In this document: in pieces, positions 1 through 10,141 of the stretch | Layout of the letters: each line of letters starts with the position of its first letter | Numbering within the stretch: position 1 is the first letter of the stretch | Origin: an uncultured Pseudomonadales bacterium | Lineage (GTDB): Bacteria; Patescibacteriota; Microgenomatia; UBA1400; PJMF01 | Assembly (NCBI GenBank): GCA_964620965.1 | Contig: CAZUHV010000001.1 | Coordinates: forward strand, 213,839-277,838 | Reading direction: 5' to 3' | DNA: 64,000 nucleotides | Translations under genes and position numbers: made by a program | Notes under the pieces: model-generated | Seen by the model: the letters and a program-made list of their open reading frames with translations, nothing else | What the model was told of the DNA's origin: nothing | The model's database searches: none

Positions 1-695
1 GCTAATAACTGTCCTTCAAAATAGGAGTGAAATAATAAAACTTGGTTGTCCTCTGCGAATGCCTTAAACTGTTCATGCAAAAACTCATAACTAAATGGGA
101 CAAATCCATGTTTTTGAGCTAACAATAGTTGATTATCGTAAAACCTTTTTATTTCATCTGGATTACTGGTTTTTTCAACAGTTATTCCCAAGCTTTCACA
201 TTTTCTTATTGATGATCTGTGGTTTTTTCTCATTTGCATGAGTAGCTCATCCTCAGAAAGTGTTAAATCTAACTGCAAAGTGAGATCTGCTGTTAAATGC
301 ATCTGTGAAAGTTTTGCTCCAATTTTTTCTACCTGAGCTCTTAAGGTTTCTGAATTAAGTTCTTGAGGTCTGAACCGGATAAAGTCAACTTTTTCTTTAT
401 TTGCTACTTCCTGAATTTTTTCAAATACAAACTCAAACAACACTTCATTATTCCAATCAAAAACTGGTCCTCCAGCAATAGTAATGTAGTCTCCTCGTTT
501 TGCTCTTTCAACAACGAGAAGTGCGAAGCCCACTACTCTAGACTCATCTAAAAAAAGTAGTTTAACGACTTTTTGTCCTAAAGCTTCATGAAATACGCCC
601 CAACTCCATGACTGCAAAAAATTCGCTTCTGGAAAACTATGTACAGCTGTTTCCCATTGTTCTTTTGTTACCTCTGTTGTGATTGAAAAACTCAT
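1..695 (-). CDS. FemAB/FemX-family peptidoglycan bridge aminoacyltransferase (3' end runs off the window)
   Basis: Hand translation from ATG 695 gives MSFSITTEVTKEQWETAVHSFPEANFLQSWSWG...GGPV...LDLTLSEDELLMQMRKNHRSSIRK, with typical FemABX motifs. ATGA overlap with the upstream gene. Not in the ORF track. Confidence 0.85.
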   Translation of the reverse strand, partial: MSFSITTEVTKEQWETAVHSFPEANFLQSWSWGVFHEALGQKVVKLLFLDESRVVGFALLVVERAKRGDYITIAGGPVFDWNNEVLFEFVFEKIQEVANKEKVDFIRFRPQELNSETLRAQVEKIGAKLSQMHLTADLTLQLDLTLSEDELLMQMRKNHRSSIRKCESLGITVEKTSNPDEIKRFYDNQLLLAQKHGFVPFSYEFLHEQFKAFAEDNQVLLFHSYFEGQLL

Positions 696-1966
696 CTTTT
701 TCCTAAACTCTCGCTAATTATTCTACAAATTTTTTGAACTTTTCTTTCATCCATTTCTCTATGGGTTGGTAAATTTAAAATTTGTTGAGATAAATCTTCA
801 GCATTTTTACAGCTTCCATTTTTATACACTGTTTTACAATTAAATGAACCACAATCAACTGCCGATCTATACCACCGATCAGAAACATAAATTCTTTGTT
901 TTTTTAGTTCCGCAATAAGAAAATTAACTTCCTCTAGATCTTTACAACGAACAGAAAACCTTAAGTTACTTGCTCTTTTAAGTTCGGATATATCAAATAA
1001 AGGTTCTAAAGACGTTTCATGCAAGAGCTTAAAATACGTTTCAGCCATTCTTCTACGATGCAAAACCTGTCGTTCTAAGTTTGTAAACTGTAACAAGGCA
1101 AGTTTTGCATAAGCAGGATGCATAGCAGTCACTGTATCGGTTTTACTCTTGATTGGAGAACCTAACAAACCAAAAAATTTGCAGATCACCATTAGAACCT
1201 TCCCAAAACCAAAATGATGTGTCTTTCTTATAAAAGAAGTAATGTCTGGATAAATCAAATCTTCATACACATACACAAATGGAACTTGCGAAATTGTTTT
1301 TCTAAAATCCTCAACCTTTTCTGCTAACGCTGGATTGCTATTTTTAAAAACTACAGCTCCACCAGAAATAGCATCAACAATTTTATCTTTTCCAAAAGAT
1401 AAAACGACTGCATCTGCATGTAACCCTAGACTCTCTCCATTTTTATCAACCCCACCAATTCCCTGTGCAACATCTTCTATTAAAAGTAATCCATTTTTTT
1501 CACACCAGTTTCGTATTGCGACACTATCTGCAGGTATCCCCAGACTGTGTTGAATTAAGACAGCTTTCACTTTTTTATCTTTTTTGAAGGCCTCTTCTAA
1601 AGTTGTAACACTAGCGTTAGTTGTATCAGAATCTATATCTGCATAAACTGGTCTCATCCCAGCTCTTAGAATTCCTTCTTCAACAGCATAACAACTAAAT
1701 GCCTGCGTAATAACTGCGTCACCTTTCTCTAACAAAATTTTTAGTGCTACTTCTATAGCATCTCTTCCTTTATAAACGGTAACAACAGAGACTGTTTCTT
1801 CTTTTCTTGAATATTTTTCTGTAAGCAACTGTTCTAACCTAAATAAATCAGATTTTTTTGAACCAAAAATACTCCACAAGCTTGTAGAAATAAATGGAAT
1901 CGAGTAGTTTGATCCAAGACTATTAAAAATTGATCTCATACTTATCTTAAATATTTGAGTGCCCAA
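692..1966 (-). CDS. DegT/DnrJ/EryC1/StrS-family PLP-dependent aminotransferase
   Basis: LIEDVAQ, SFGKDK (PLP lysine) and ILNLPTH motifs; start codon uncertain. Confidence 0.8.
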   Translation of the reverse strand: MGTQIFKISMRSIFNSLGSNYSIPFISTSLWSIFGSKKSDLFRLEQLLTEKYSRKEETVSVVTVYKGRDAIEVALKILLEKGDAVITQAFSCYAVEEGILRAGMRPVYADIDSDTTNASVTTLEEAFKKDKKVKAVLIQHSLGIPADSVAIRNWCEKNGLLLIEDVAQGIGGVDKNGESLGLHADAVVLSFGKDKIVDAISGGAVVFKNSNPALAEKVEDFRKTISQVPFVYVYEDLIYPDITSFIRKTHHFGFGKVLMVICKFFGLLGSPIKSKTDTVTAMHPAYAKLALLQFTNLERQVLHRRRMAETYFKLLHETSLEPLFDISELKRASNLRFSVRCKDLEEVNFLIAELKKQRIYVSDRWYRSAVDCGSFNCKTVYKNGSCKNAEDLSQQILNLPTHREMDERKVQKICRIISESLGKR

Positions 1967-3438
1967 GTAGGCATTCTTCCTTCAATTATTACTAAATCAG
2001 TTTCATTTAGGATTGAAACAACCTCACGTAATTGTTCTTCTGATGTTAGAAGCTCATCTCCAAAAACAGATTTAAACTCTTCTATACCAGACTCTCCGAC
2101 ATACACTACTGAATCAAAAACCTTTTGAGATTGCACTGCAAGATCACTGTGTATTTGCTTTGAATCATCACCCAAATCAACAATTCCAGGAGTAACTAAA
2201 ATTTTTCTATTTGCTTTATACGACTTACCTAAAGTAATTATTGCACTAAACCCCTTTGGATTTGAAGTATCACCGTCATCAATCACTTTTGCACCAGAAA
2301 CCAGTTTATAGGAAAGTATGAATTTTTCATGTGGATTAAAAGACTCCAAAGCTTCAATAATCTGCTCTTTTTTCATCTCAAAATGTAGTGCTGTCACAAT
2401 CACAAGGTGAACAACCTCAATGTATTGGGCCCCAATCAATTGAGTTTTAACGGTGTTTTCTCCCCATTTAAACTGTAATTTTCCTTCTGAATCAATTTTT
2501 ACATCAGATAGTTTTGCTTTGCCTAAATCTGGACTTACGGCCACCAACTCTGCTTTATTCTCAACCTTTCCTGTTTCATAAATTTCTTGCGTTTTTTGAT
2601 CGTACACATTACAAATCACTACTGCTTTTTTTGGTAAGCTTGCAACTAACTCAGCTTTTGCTGAAATAATTTCTTCAAGACTTCCAAACAAACCAACATG
2701 TTGTTTTGTTAAACCTGTGATTATAGCCATATTTGGCTGAATCCATTTTGCTAACTCTCTAATCTCTCCTTTTTTATATGCAGCATACTCAATCAATGCA
2801 ATTTGCTCGCCTTTGTATCCAGATACGACACTTTCAGCAACAGAGTACTTTGTGTTAAAAGATTTTGGAGTTTTAAAAACAGAATATTGTTTTCCTAAAA
2901 CATGATTTAACAAAATTTTTGTAGAAGTTTTTCCATAACTTCCAGTTATTCCAACAATAATCGGTTTCTTTGCACTCAAAACCTTCTTTGCTTGATACAG
3001 TCTTTTATACGTTTTTATGTATGCCAAAAAAACAGTAGGAACAGCACTCAGCATTACAAAAAATGGAATGAGAACTAAGTATATAAAAAGAACAACTACA
3101 AATAATACGAAGTTGTACCACAATGGATATGGATACCACTGAATCAAAAACTCTTTTCCAAATGCGACTGAAGTGTTTATATAAAATATAGACACTAGTA
3201 TAAATGTCAGTCCCATCAAAAAAGAACGTTGTGTAACTTTAGGTCTCTTTAAACCTGTCTTTGAAAAATCACTTTTTTTTGGAAAAATTCGCAGTAGTTC
3301 TTTTAATCCTTCTGAAGAACTCAAAAATAAAATAATTCTGTCAAATCTATACTCTTTTTGTTGCAAAATACCAAGCCAACGCAAGGCTCTTACAAAAAAT
3401 GAAGTAAACAAAAAAGCTAATAGTACTAGTGTCTTCAT
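1942..3438 (-). CDS. murF: MurF-like Mur ligase with N-terminal transmembrane segments
   Basis: GITGSYGKTSTK P-loop, TPKSFNT, VIDDGDTSNPKG, LVTPGIVDLG; hydrophobic first ~140 aa. Confidence 0.75.
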   Translation of the reverse strand: MKTLVLLAFLFTSFFVRALRWLGILQQKEYRFDRIILFLSSSEGLKELLRIFPKKSDFSKTGLKRPKVTQRSFLMGLTFILVSIFYINTSVAFGKEFLIQWYPYPLWYNFVLFVVVLFIYLVLIPFFVMLSAVPTVFLAYIKTYKRLYQAKKVLSAKKPIIVGITGSYGKTSTKILLNHVLGKQYSVFKTPKSFNTKYSVAESVVSGYKGEQIALIEYAAYKKGEIRELAKWIQPNMAIITGLTKQHVGLFGSLEEIISAKAELVASLPKKAVVICNVYDQKTQEIYETGKVENKAELVAVSPDLGKAKLSDVKIDSEGKLQFKWGENTVKTQLIGAQYIEVVHLVIVTALHFEMKKEQIIEALESFNPHEKFILSYKLVSGAKVIDDGDTSNPKGFSAIITLGKSYKANRKILVTPGIVDLGDDSKQIHSDLAVQSQKVFDSVVYVGESGIEEFKSVFGDELLTSEEQLREVVSILNETDLVIIEGRMPTWALKYLR

Positions 3439-4130
3439 TTAAGAAAATCTCCAATTATTTGTACAGTTTGCACAGCATGTGTAAATTGAGGAGAATGTCT
3501 TGCATCATCAATAATATGCAACTTACTTCCCTTGATTTTTGAATGAAACATATCTGCAAACTGTACTGGAGTTGCCATATCATTCCTTCCCCAAATTATT
3601 ACTGTTGGACAGGTAATTCCACCCAGATCATCTATAACTTCTGTAGAAATTACATTTGCCATTGTTTGGCGTTGCGTTGGGTTTGCATTGAGATAATCTT
3701 GTTCTCTTGCAAGTTTATATAAAAGTTTTCGCAATAGTTCATGTTTAAAAAAAAGCTTTCCCACTTTAGCTACACTACCAAACACTACTCTCTTTAAGAC
3801 TTTCTTAAGAGATCTATCAATCATGCCAGCACTATCAATAAGAATAAGTTTTTTCACTCGCTCATTATTTTGTGCAGTAAATCTTGAAGCAATTTGGCCA
3901 CCAAAAGAGTGACCTAATAAAATAACTGGCTCATTTGGGAGTTCTTTAGAGAGCCACAAAACATACGCATCTAGGCTCCAAACCTCTTGCAATTCTGTTG
4001 TTAGACCAGGAATTGGTAAAAAAACAGTCTTAAAACCTTTCTCTTCTAAAAGCAATCTAAAATTCTGCCACTTTTTTTCATTTTCAGCATCAATTGCCCA
4101 TCCATGTAGTATGTAAATAGTATCATTCAT
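3435..4130 (-). CDS. Alpha/beta-fold hydrolase
   Basis: LHGW, GHSFGG nucleophile elbow, WGRND, C-terminal catalytic His (ARHSP). Confidence 0.85.
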   Translation of the reverse strand: MNDTIYILHGWAIDAENEKKWQNFRLLLEEKGFKTVFLPIPGLTTELQEVWSLDAYVLWLSKELPNEPVILLGHSFGGQIASRFTAQNNERVKKLILIDSAGMIDRSLKKVLKRVVFGSVAKVGKLFFKHELLRKLLYKLAREQDYLNANPTQRQTMANVISTEVIDDLGGITCPTVIIWGRNDMATPVQFADMFHSKIKGSKLHIIDDARHSPQFTHAVQTVQIIGDFLK

Positions 4131-4238
4131 AATTTACTTGTCTTAGTATCTCAGGAGTGATCAAAAGATTCAAGAATTGTTCTTAATTGCTTTCTCAGGT
4201 CTTGAAACTTTTGCTCAGGCAAGTATACTAGATGAGTT

Positions 4239-4937
4239 ATGAATTCAAAACAAAATATTTTCACAGTAACAACTATACTCTTCACTTCTCTGTTGGTTTT
4301 TTCAGCTTGTACAGATCCTGCACAAAAAGCAAAACAAAATATTAATCTTACAGGAATCGAGGTTACAGACTCTCAAACTGGTGAAAAACTCAATGAAACG
4401 AATACTGCAGACCTAGAAACTAATTTACAAGAAAGGGCTCAACAAATGCCAGAATATAAAGAACTCTCAGATTTCAAAGAAATTCAAGCTACTCAAGCTG
4501 TCTTTGAAACTTCAAAAGGTACGCTTGTCCTTGATTTATATCGAGATAAAGCTCCACTCACAACTGCAAACTTCTTAAACCTCATTGATGAAGGTTTCTA
4601 TGATGGAATCATATTTCATAGAGTTATACCAGGTTTTATGGCCCAAGTTGGGGATCCTTTAACAAAAGACCCAACAAAGGAAGCATATTGGGGAACTGGT
4701 GGACCAAGTTACAGAATTATGGATGAGTTTGATCCATCACTTTCACATGATTCTGCTGGTATTCTTTCAATGGCAAATGCCGGACCAAATACCGGAGGAA
4801 GTCAAATCTTTATTACTTATGCTCCTCAGCCACATCTAGATGGTAAACATGCAATTTTTGGTAAACTTGTAGAAGGAATGGACATTCTTGAATCCATCGA
4901 ACAGGGAGACAAAATTATAAAAGCCTCCTATAGGTAA
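4239..4937 (+). CDS. Cyclophilin-type peptidyl-prolyl cis-trans isomerase, probable lipoprotein
   Basis: [41 protein letters not shown]; lipobox-like FSAC. Confidence 0.9.
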   Translation: MNSKQNIFTVTTILFTSLLVFSACTDPAQKAKQNINLTGIEVTDSQTGEKLNETNTADLETNLQERAQQMPEYKELSDFKEIQATQAVFETSKGTLVLDLYRDKAPLTTANFLNLIDEGFYDGIIFHRVIPGFMAQVGDPLTKDPTKEAYWGTGGPSYRIMDEFDPSLSHDSAGILSMANAGPNTGGSQIFITYAPQPHLDGKHAIFGKLVEGMDILESIEQGDKIIKASYR

Positions 4938-4938
4938 A

Positions 4939-6447
4939 ATGAAAAAAAAAGTTGCCGGTATAGTTTGCTTGTTTATAGGTATTTCTTTAGTTTTTGGTAT
5001 TACTATATTCAGATCTGTATCGGCACTTTCTCAATTTAAAAACAGTCTTTTACAGGTTACACACCAAACCAACAATACAGATCAAAGCATTTTTGACTTA
5101 ACTACTATTTCACCTGTCCTCACCTCAATTGAATCAATCTCAAGTAATAAACTGGTAAATCTTGTTTTACCAAAACCACAAAAACAACTGCTTCAAACTG
5201 TTTCAAGTATTATCCTTGATTTACAAACAGTCCTCGAACAATTGGTAAGTGAAGAACAAAACTGGCTTGTTATCTTTCAAAATAGTAATGAGCTGCGAGC
5301 AACTGGAGGATTCATGGGTTCGTATGCAATTGTAGAAATCAATCAAGGAAAAATTATAGCAATTAGAACTGAAGATATCTATGATGCTGATGGTCAATTT
5401 TCTGGTTTTGTAGAGGCCCCAAAGGGAGTTGCTACATATTTAAGCAGCGGAAAAGGTTTAAGACTACCTGATGCAAACTGGAACCCAGATACAGTAAAAA
5501 GTGCAGAACAGATCCTCCCGTTCTTTGCATTTGGAAATAAAAAGAATATAAAAGGAATTCTTTTTGTTAATCTAGATTTTGCAAAAAAACTATTAGCATT
5601 TTTAGGACCAATCGAAATTCCTGATTACAACACAATAGTAACTCAAGAAAACATTGATGAAGTTTTAAGATCAAGAAGAGATGATTTTTTTCCTGGAAGT
5701 ACTCAAAAAAAACATATGTTATCTCAGTTACTTACAAACACGCGCCTCAAAATACTCTCTTTAAACCAAGAAAAAATCTTTGAACTAGTACAGTTGCTTT
5801 CATCGGAGGTTAAAAATCACAACCTACAGTTCTACTCGAATGACGAAACTATCGATGCTATTTTTAACAAATATAACATGCGTCAAGAACTTACTTTGTT
5901 GGATAGTTCCGATTATGTATATCTTGTTGAATCAAATGTTGGAATTAATAAAGCAAATAAAAAAATAGAACGTGAGGTTTTAATTCAAAAAGACAGCACA
6001 AACCTTACACTTGTTGTTACTTTCAAAAATAATAATACTGCTCCAACTACTTCAAAATTATCTGAACTCAATGAGTTACTTTTAGAAAAAGAAAGCTCAC
6101 AAGAAGCAAAGGTTGTAGATCACCTTGCATACATTAACTACCAAAGAGTACTTGTCCCTGCGAACTGGATTCTAGAAAAAGCTGTGTACGAAAACCAAAT
6201 AATACAACAAGTTGATGAAGAGATACTCACTATTGGTGAATCTCAGTTTAAACAAATTGGTTTTTTGATCACACTCGGAGAAGAAAAAAATGGGAGACTT
6301 ACTCTTTCATTTGCTCCAACTACAAATAACAATTCAGTTTTCATCCAAATACAACCAGGTCTCCCTGCAACAAAATATATTCTAGAGTATAATCAAAACA
6401 CTCAAGAGTATATTTTAGAAAATAACCAACTCATTGAGTACCCATAA
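4939..6447 (+). CDS. DUF4012-domain membrane-anchored protein
   Basis: [37 protein letters not shown] motifs; N-terminal TM helix. Confidence 0.75.
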   Translation: MKKKVAGIVCLFIGISLVFGITIFRSVSALSQFKNSLLQVTHQTNNTDQSIFDLTTISPVLTSIESISSNKLVNLVLPKPQKQLLQTVSSIILDLQTVLEQLVSEEQNWLVIFQNSNELRATGGFMGSYAIVEINQGKIIAIRTEDIYDADGQFSGFVEAPKGVATYLSSGKGLRLPDANWNPDTVKSAEQILPFFAFGNKKNIKGILFVNLDFAKKLLAFLGPIEIPDYNTIVTQENIDEVLRSRRDDFFPGSTQKKHMLSQLLTNTRLKILSLNQEKIFELVQLLSSEVKNHNLQFYSNDETIDAIFNKYNMRQELTLLDSSDYVYLVESNVGINKANKKIEREVLIQKDSTNLTLVVTFKNNNTAPTTSKLSELNELLLEKESSQEAKVVDHLAYINYQRVLVPANWILEKAVYENQIIQQVDEEILTIGESQFKQIGFLITLGEEKNGRLTLSFAPTTNNNSVFIQIQPGLPATKYILEYNQNTQEYILENNQLIEYP

Positions 6448-6455
6448 CAAATTCT

Positions 6456-7547
6456 ATGATTTTAACTAAAGAAGAGCTCTCTATCATTGAAAAAGCTACA
6501 GAATACCTCACTACTGTAGCTGTTTTACAGCTAGAACAAGAAGTCAAAGACAAAGAACAACTTACATTCGAACCAAATTTTTGGCAATCAAAAAATGCCC
6601 AAAAAACAATGAAAGAAATTTCTTTGCTCAAAGAAAAAATCGATGATTATGCACAAGTTAAACAATTGACACAAGATATCGAAGCTTATCAGGAACTTCT
6701 GAATGAAACCACTGAAAACGAAACAAAAGAGCTCGAGATCGAACTAAAAAAAGCCCTTAAAAAACTAGAAAAACTCACAAAAGAGCTGCAATTAAAACAA
6801 TACTTAAATGGCAAATATGATAGCTATTCTGCAATCTTATCTGTTCATTCCGGACAGGGTGGCACAGAAGCTATGGATTGGGCAGAAATACTCAAACGTA
6901 TGTATTCAAGGTATTTTGAAAGAAAAGACTGGAAAGCAAGATTAGTCAGTGAATCAAGAGGAGAAGAAGCAGGAATCAAATCTGCAGAATTTGAAGTTGA
7001 AGCAAATTATGCGTACGGATTTTTAAAACATGAACAGGGTGCACATAGACTTGTCAGACAAAGCCCTTTCAATGCGGACAACCTGCGACAAACTTCTTTT
7101 GCTTTGGTAGAAATACTTCCACTTTTAGAAGACACTGATGATGAAATTCAAATCCCTGATTCTGACTTGGAATGGAACTTTTCACGCTCTGGTGGAGCTG
7201 GAGGACAAAACGTGAATAAGGTCAATACTGCAGTTGAACTCACACATATTCCAACAGGGATCGTCGTAAAATGTCGCGAAGAAAGGACTCAAGTTCAAAA
7301 CAAGCAAAAAGCTCTTACAAAACTCAAAAGTAAGCTTGCTCAACTTGAAGCACAAGAACTTTCTGCTGAGCTTGCAAAAGAAAAAGGTGAACACGTCGAA
7401 GCAAGCTGGGGAAATCAAATACGAAACTATGTTTTACACCCTTACAAACTAGTAAAAGACACTCGTACAGAAATTGAAACCACCGATACAGATGCCGTAC
7501 TAGACGGTGATATCGAACTTTTCATTCAAGAAGAAATTAAACTTTAA
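6456..7547 (+). CDS. prfB: Peptide chain release factor 2
   Basis: [13 protein letters not shown] recognition tripeptide (RQSPFN), GGQ motif, WGNQIRNY. Confidence 0.95.
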   Translation: MILTKEELSIIEKATEYLTTVAVLQLEQEVKDKEQLTFEPNFWQSKNAQKTMKEISLLKEKIDDYAQVKQLTQDIEAYQELLNETTENETKELEIELKKALKKLEKLTKELQLKQYLNGKYDSYSAILSVHSGQGGTEAMDWAEILKRMYSRYFERKDWKARLVSESRGEEAGIKSAEFEVEANYAYGFLKHEQGAHRLVRQSPFNADNLRQTSFALVEILPLLEDTDDEIQIPDSDLEWNFSRSGGAGGQNVNKVNTAVELTHIPTGIVVKCREERTQVQNKQKALTKLKSKLAQLEAQELSAELAKEKGEHVEASWGNQIRNYVLHPYKLVKDTRTEIETTDTDAVLDGDIELFIQEEIKL

Positions 7548-7572
7548 GATAATACAGCATAAAAAATAGCAA

Positions 7573-8187
7573 TTGATTGCTAAATCGGGTATACTAAAAG
7601 GACATATGAAAAAAATTTCTTTTGACGAAACTACAACTCAAGTAAAAAACCCTGAAACAGTGGTTGACGATGCTCTGCTCCTAGATCATAATCAAAACTC
7701 GTCTAACACAAACGAAGTAGAAACTACTACTACACAAAATCAAGGGAGAGATTTGTTTATGAAGTCACCAAAGCTGATGATAATTTTAATTGTTATTGCC
7801 GTTCTAGCCGGAGTTGGTACAGGTTTTGGGACTTTTAGAATCACTCATAAAAATGCAGGTGAACAACTTGCTGCAGTTCCAACAGAAGAAAAAGGAGTTC
7901 AAGTCGGTGACGAATTTGGAAGCAAAGATGACGCTTTTGATTCACACGCAATCGGTTATGTTGCTGAAGGCGGACTCGATGGCGAAGGCTCACATAAACT
8001 TTTAAGACCAGGTGGAGATTCTCAGACAGTGTACCTAACTTCTTCTGTAACAGACCTTGATTTGTTCGTTGGAATGGAAGTAGAACTCTGGGGTGAAACA
8101 TTCAAAGGCCAAAAAGCTGGATGGTTCATGGATGTTGGTCGCGTAAAAGTAGTTAACACGGACGCAGAAGAACCTACTGAAGAGTAA
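7573..8187 (+). CDS. Hypothetical single-pass membrane protein upstream of ftsEX (start probably 7606 or later)
   Basis: Long ORF with a TM helix (LMIILIVIAVLAGVGTG) and a beta-rich C-terminal domain. Confidence 0.65.
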   Translation: MIAKSGILKGHMKKISFDETTTQVKNPETVVDDALLLDHNQNSSNTNEVETTTTQNQGRDLFMKSPKLMIILIVIAVLAGVGTGFGTFRITHKNAGEQLAAVPTEEKGVQVGDEFGSKDDAFDSHAIGYVAEGGLDGEGSHKLLRPGGDSQTVYLTSSVTDLDLFVGMEVELWGETFKGQKAGWFMDVGRVKVVNTDAEEPTEE

Positions 8188-8246
8188 GATTCTGCTATTA
8201 CGTATTGCAAAGAGACAATATTTCAGTCTAAACTAACACAAGTGTT

Positions 8247-9269
8247 ATGATAGTATTTTCTTCTGTAAGCAAACAGTTTTTACCAGAAAGTTTTGCACTC
8301 AAGGATATTTCTTTTGAAATTGATCCTGGAGAGTTGGTACTTTTAACTGGTCCTTCTGGTTCTGGCAAAACTACAGTGATGAAGCTCTTAACAAAAGAGT
8401 ATGATCCAACCTCTGGAGAAATTTTATTCCATAACACCAGCCTAGAAGAAATAAAAAACTCAAAAATTCATGAGCACAGAAGAAAAATTGGCGTAGTTTT
8501 TCAAGATTATAAATTAATACCAGAACTCAATGTCTGGGAAAATATTGCTCTTCCCCTTTCAATCATTGGAAAGTCAGAATCAGAAATAGAATCAAGAGTA
8601 ACAGATCTTCTTGAGTTAGTTTCCCTTACAGACAAAGCATTCCTCTTTCCTACTCAACTCTCTGGTGGAGAAGCTCAAAGAATTAGTATTGCTCGTGCAC
8701 TTTCAACAGCCCCATCCATTATTTTCGCTGATGAACCCACAGGAAATTTAGACAAAGAAAACTCACTGCTTATCGCAAAACTGCTTACTAAAATTAATGA
8801 ACTCGGAACAACAATTCTTTTTGCGACCCACGATCATGATGTCATTGATTTGCTTGGTAAACAGAGACACATCATTTTAAATAACGGAGAACTCCTTACA
8901 GATACTAAAACAAAAAATAAAAAAGAAGAAAATACTAAAAAAACAGAAGAAACGGTAAAAACTAAATCAGAGAAAAGCAGTAAGGAAAGTGACAAAGTTA
9001 CAGAAAAAATAGATACAAAAGAAGACGAGCAAAAAACTGAACCAAAAAACGATGAAGCTGAACTTACTTCTGAGGTAATAAAAAAACCAACCCAGCAAGG
9101 ATTTCTTGCGAAACTTTTTGGTAAAAAAGAAGCTGATAAAGAAAAAGAAACTGATTCAGAACCACCACCACAAGATCTTGAAGAAAATCAAGAAGAATCT
9201 ACAAAAGATAAAAAAACAGAAACAACTGCAAAAAAAATAAAGAAAAAAAAGACAACTAAAAAATCATGA
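8247..9269 (+). CDS. ftsE: Cell division ABC ATPase FtsE with a long charged C-terminal tail
   Basis: GPSGSGKTT, GVVFQDYKL, LSGGEAQR, ADEPTGNLD; overlaps ftsX. Confidence 0.88.
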   Translation: MIVFSSVSKQFLPESFALKDISFEIDPGELVLLTGPSGSGKTTVMKLLTKEYDPTSGEILFHNTSLEEIKNSKIHEHRRKIGVVFQDYKLIPELNVWENIALPLSIIGKSESEIESRVTDLLELVSLTDKAFLFPTQLSGGEAQRISIARALSTAPSIIFADEPTGNLDKENSLLIAKLLTKINELGTTILFATHDHDVIDLLGKQRHIILNNGELLTDTKTKNKKEENTKKTEETVKTKSEKSSKESDKVTEKIDTKEDEQKTEPKNDEAELTSEVIKKPTQQGFLAKLFGKKEADKEKETDSEPPPQDLEENQEESTKDKKTETTAKKIKKKKTTKKS

Positions 9270-10135
9270 ACGCACTAACTACTGCCCTTACCACAATTAG
9301 AAGATCTCCATATCAAGCTTTAACTTCTATTTTAATGGTTGCTGTTACTTTTTTTGTTGCATACTCATTTTCAATTTTTGTCATTGGATCAAAAATAGTC
9401 CTCAACCACTTTGAGACACAACCCCAAATCCTTGCTTTTTTTGAGCTTGATACCGAACAGTCTGTCATCGAAAAAGTTTCAAATGAAATGAAACAAAAAT
9501 CGTATGTTTCTGATGTAAAAATTATTACTCAAGAAGATGCGCTCAAACTATACCAAAAAGATAACAGTGACGACCCATTACTACTAGAATTAGTAACTGC
9601 AGATATCTTGCCAGCTAGTGTTGAGGTTTCTGGAGCAGATATAGAATCTTTGGCAAAAATTAAAGAGGACCTAGAAAAATACAGTAAAGTTGAAGACATA
9701 GAGTACCAAGAAGATGTTATCACTACTCTTAACAACTGGATCTCAACAATCGAATTAACAGGCCTTGCAACAATAGTTGTGTTAGCTTCAATTTCCTTCT
9801 TAATTATTATGGTTATTATTGCAATGAAAGCCAACGCACAAAAGAAAAAGATTCAAATCATGAGAATGCTTGGGGCAACAAAATGGTATGTCAAACTTCC
9901 TTACATGTATGAAGGCATAATCTATGGCTTTGTAGGCTCTCTTATTGGCTGGTTTGCTATGTTTGCGACGTTACTCTATCTCACCCCTTCGATTAACTAT
10001 ATGCTTGGGGATATCACGCTCCTTCCAGCACCACTTGAATTCTATTTTGCTCATGGAGTAAGTGGTATGATTCTAGGAATGTCTCTTGGCTCTTTTGCAA
10101 GTATATTTGCCGTCCAACGATTCATTAAAAATTAG
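9266..10135 (+). CDS. ftsX: Cell division permease FtsX
   Basis: TM, extracellular domain, then 3 TM; IMRMLGATKWYVKLPYMYEG motif. Confidence 0.88.
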   Translation: MNALTTALTTIRRSPYQALTSILMVAVTFFVAYSFSIFVIGSKIVLNHFETQPQILAFFELDTEQSVIEKVSNEMKQKSYVSDVKIITQEDALKLYQKDNSDDPLLLELVTADILPASVEVSGADIESLAKIKEDLEKYSKVEDIEYQEDVITTLNNWISTIELTGLATIVVLASISFLIIMVIIAMKANAQKKKIQIMRMLGATKWYVKLPYMYEGIIYGFVGSLIGWFAMFATLLYLTPSINYMLGDITLLPAPLEFYFAHGVSGMILGMSLGSFASIFAVQRFIKN

Positions 10136-10141
10136 TATACA

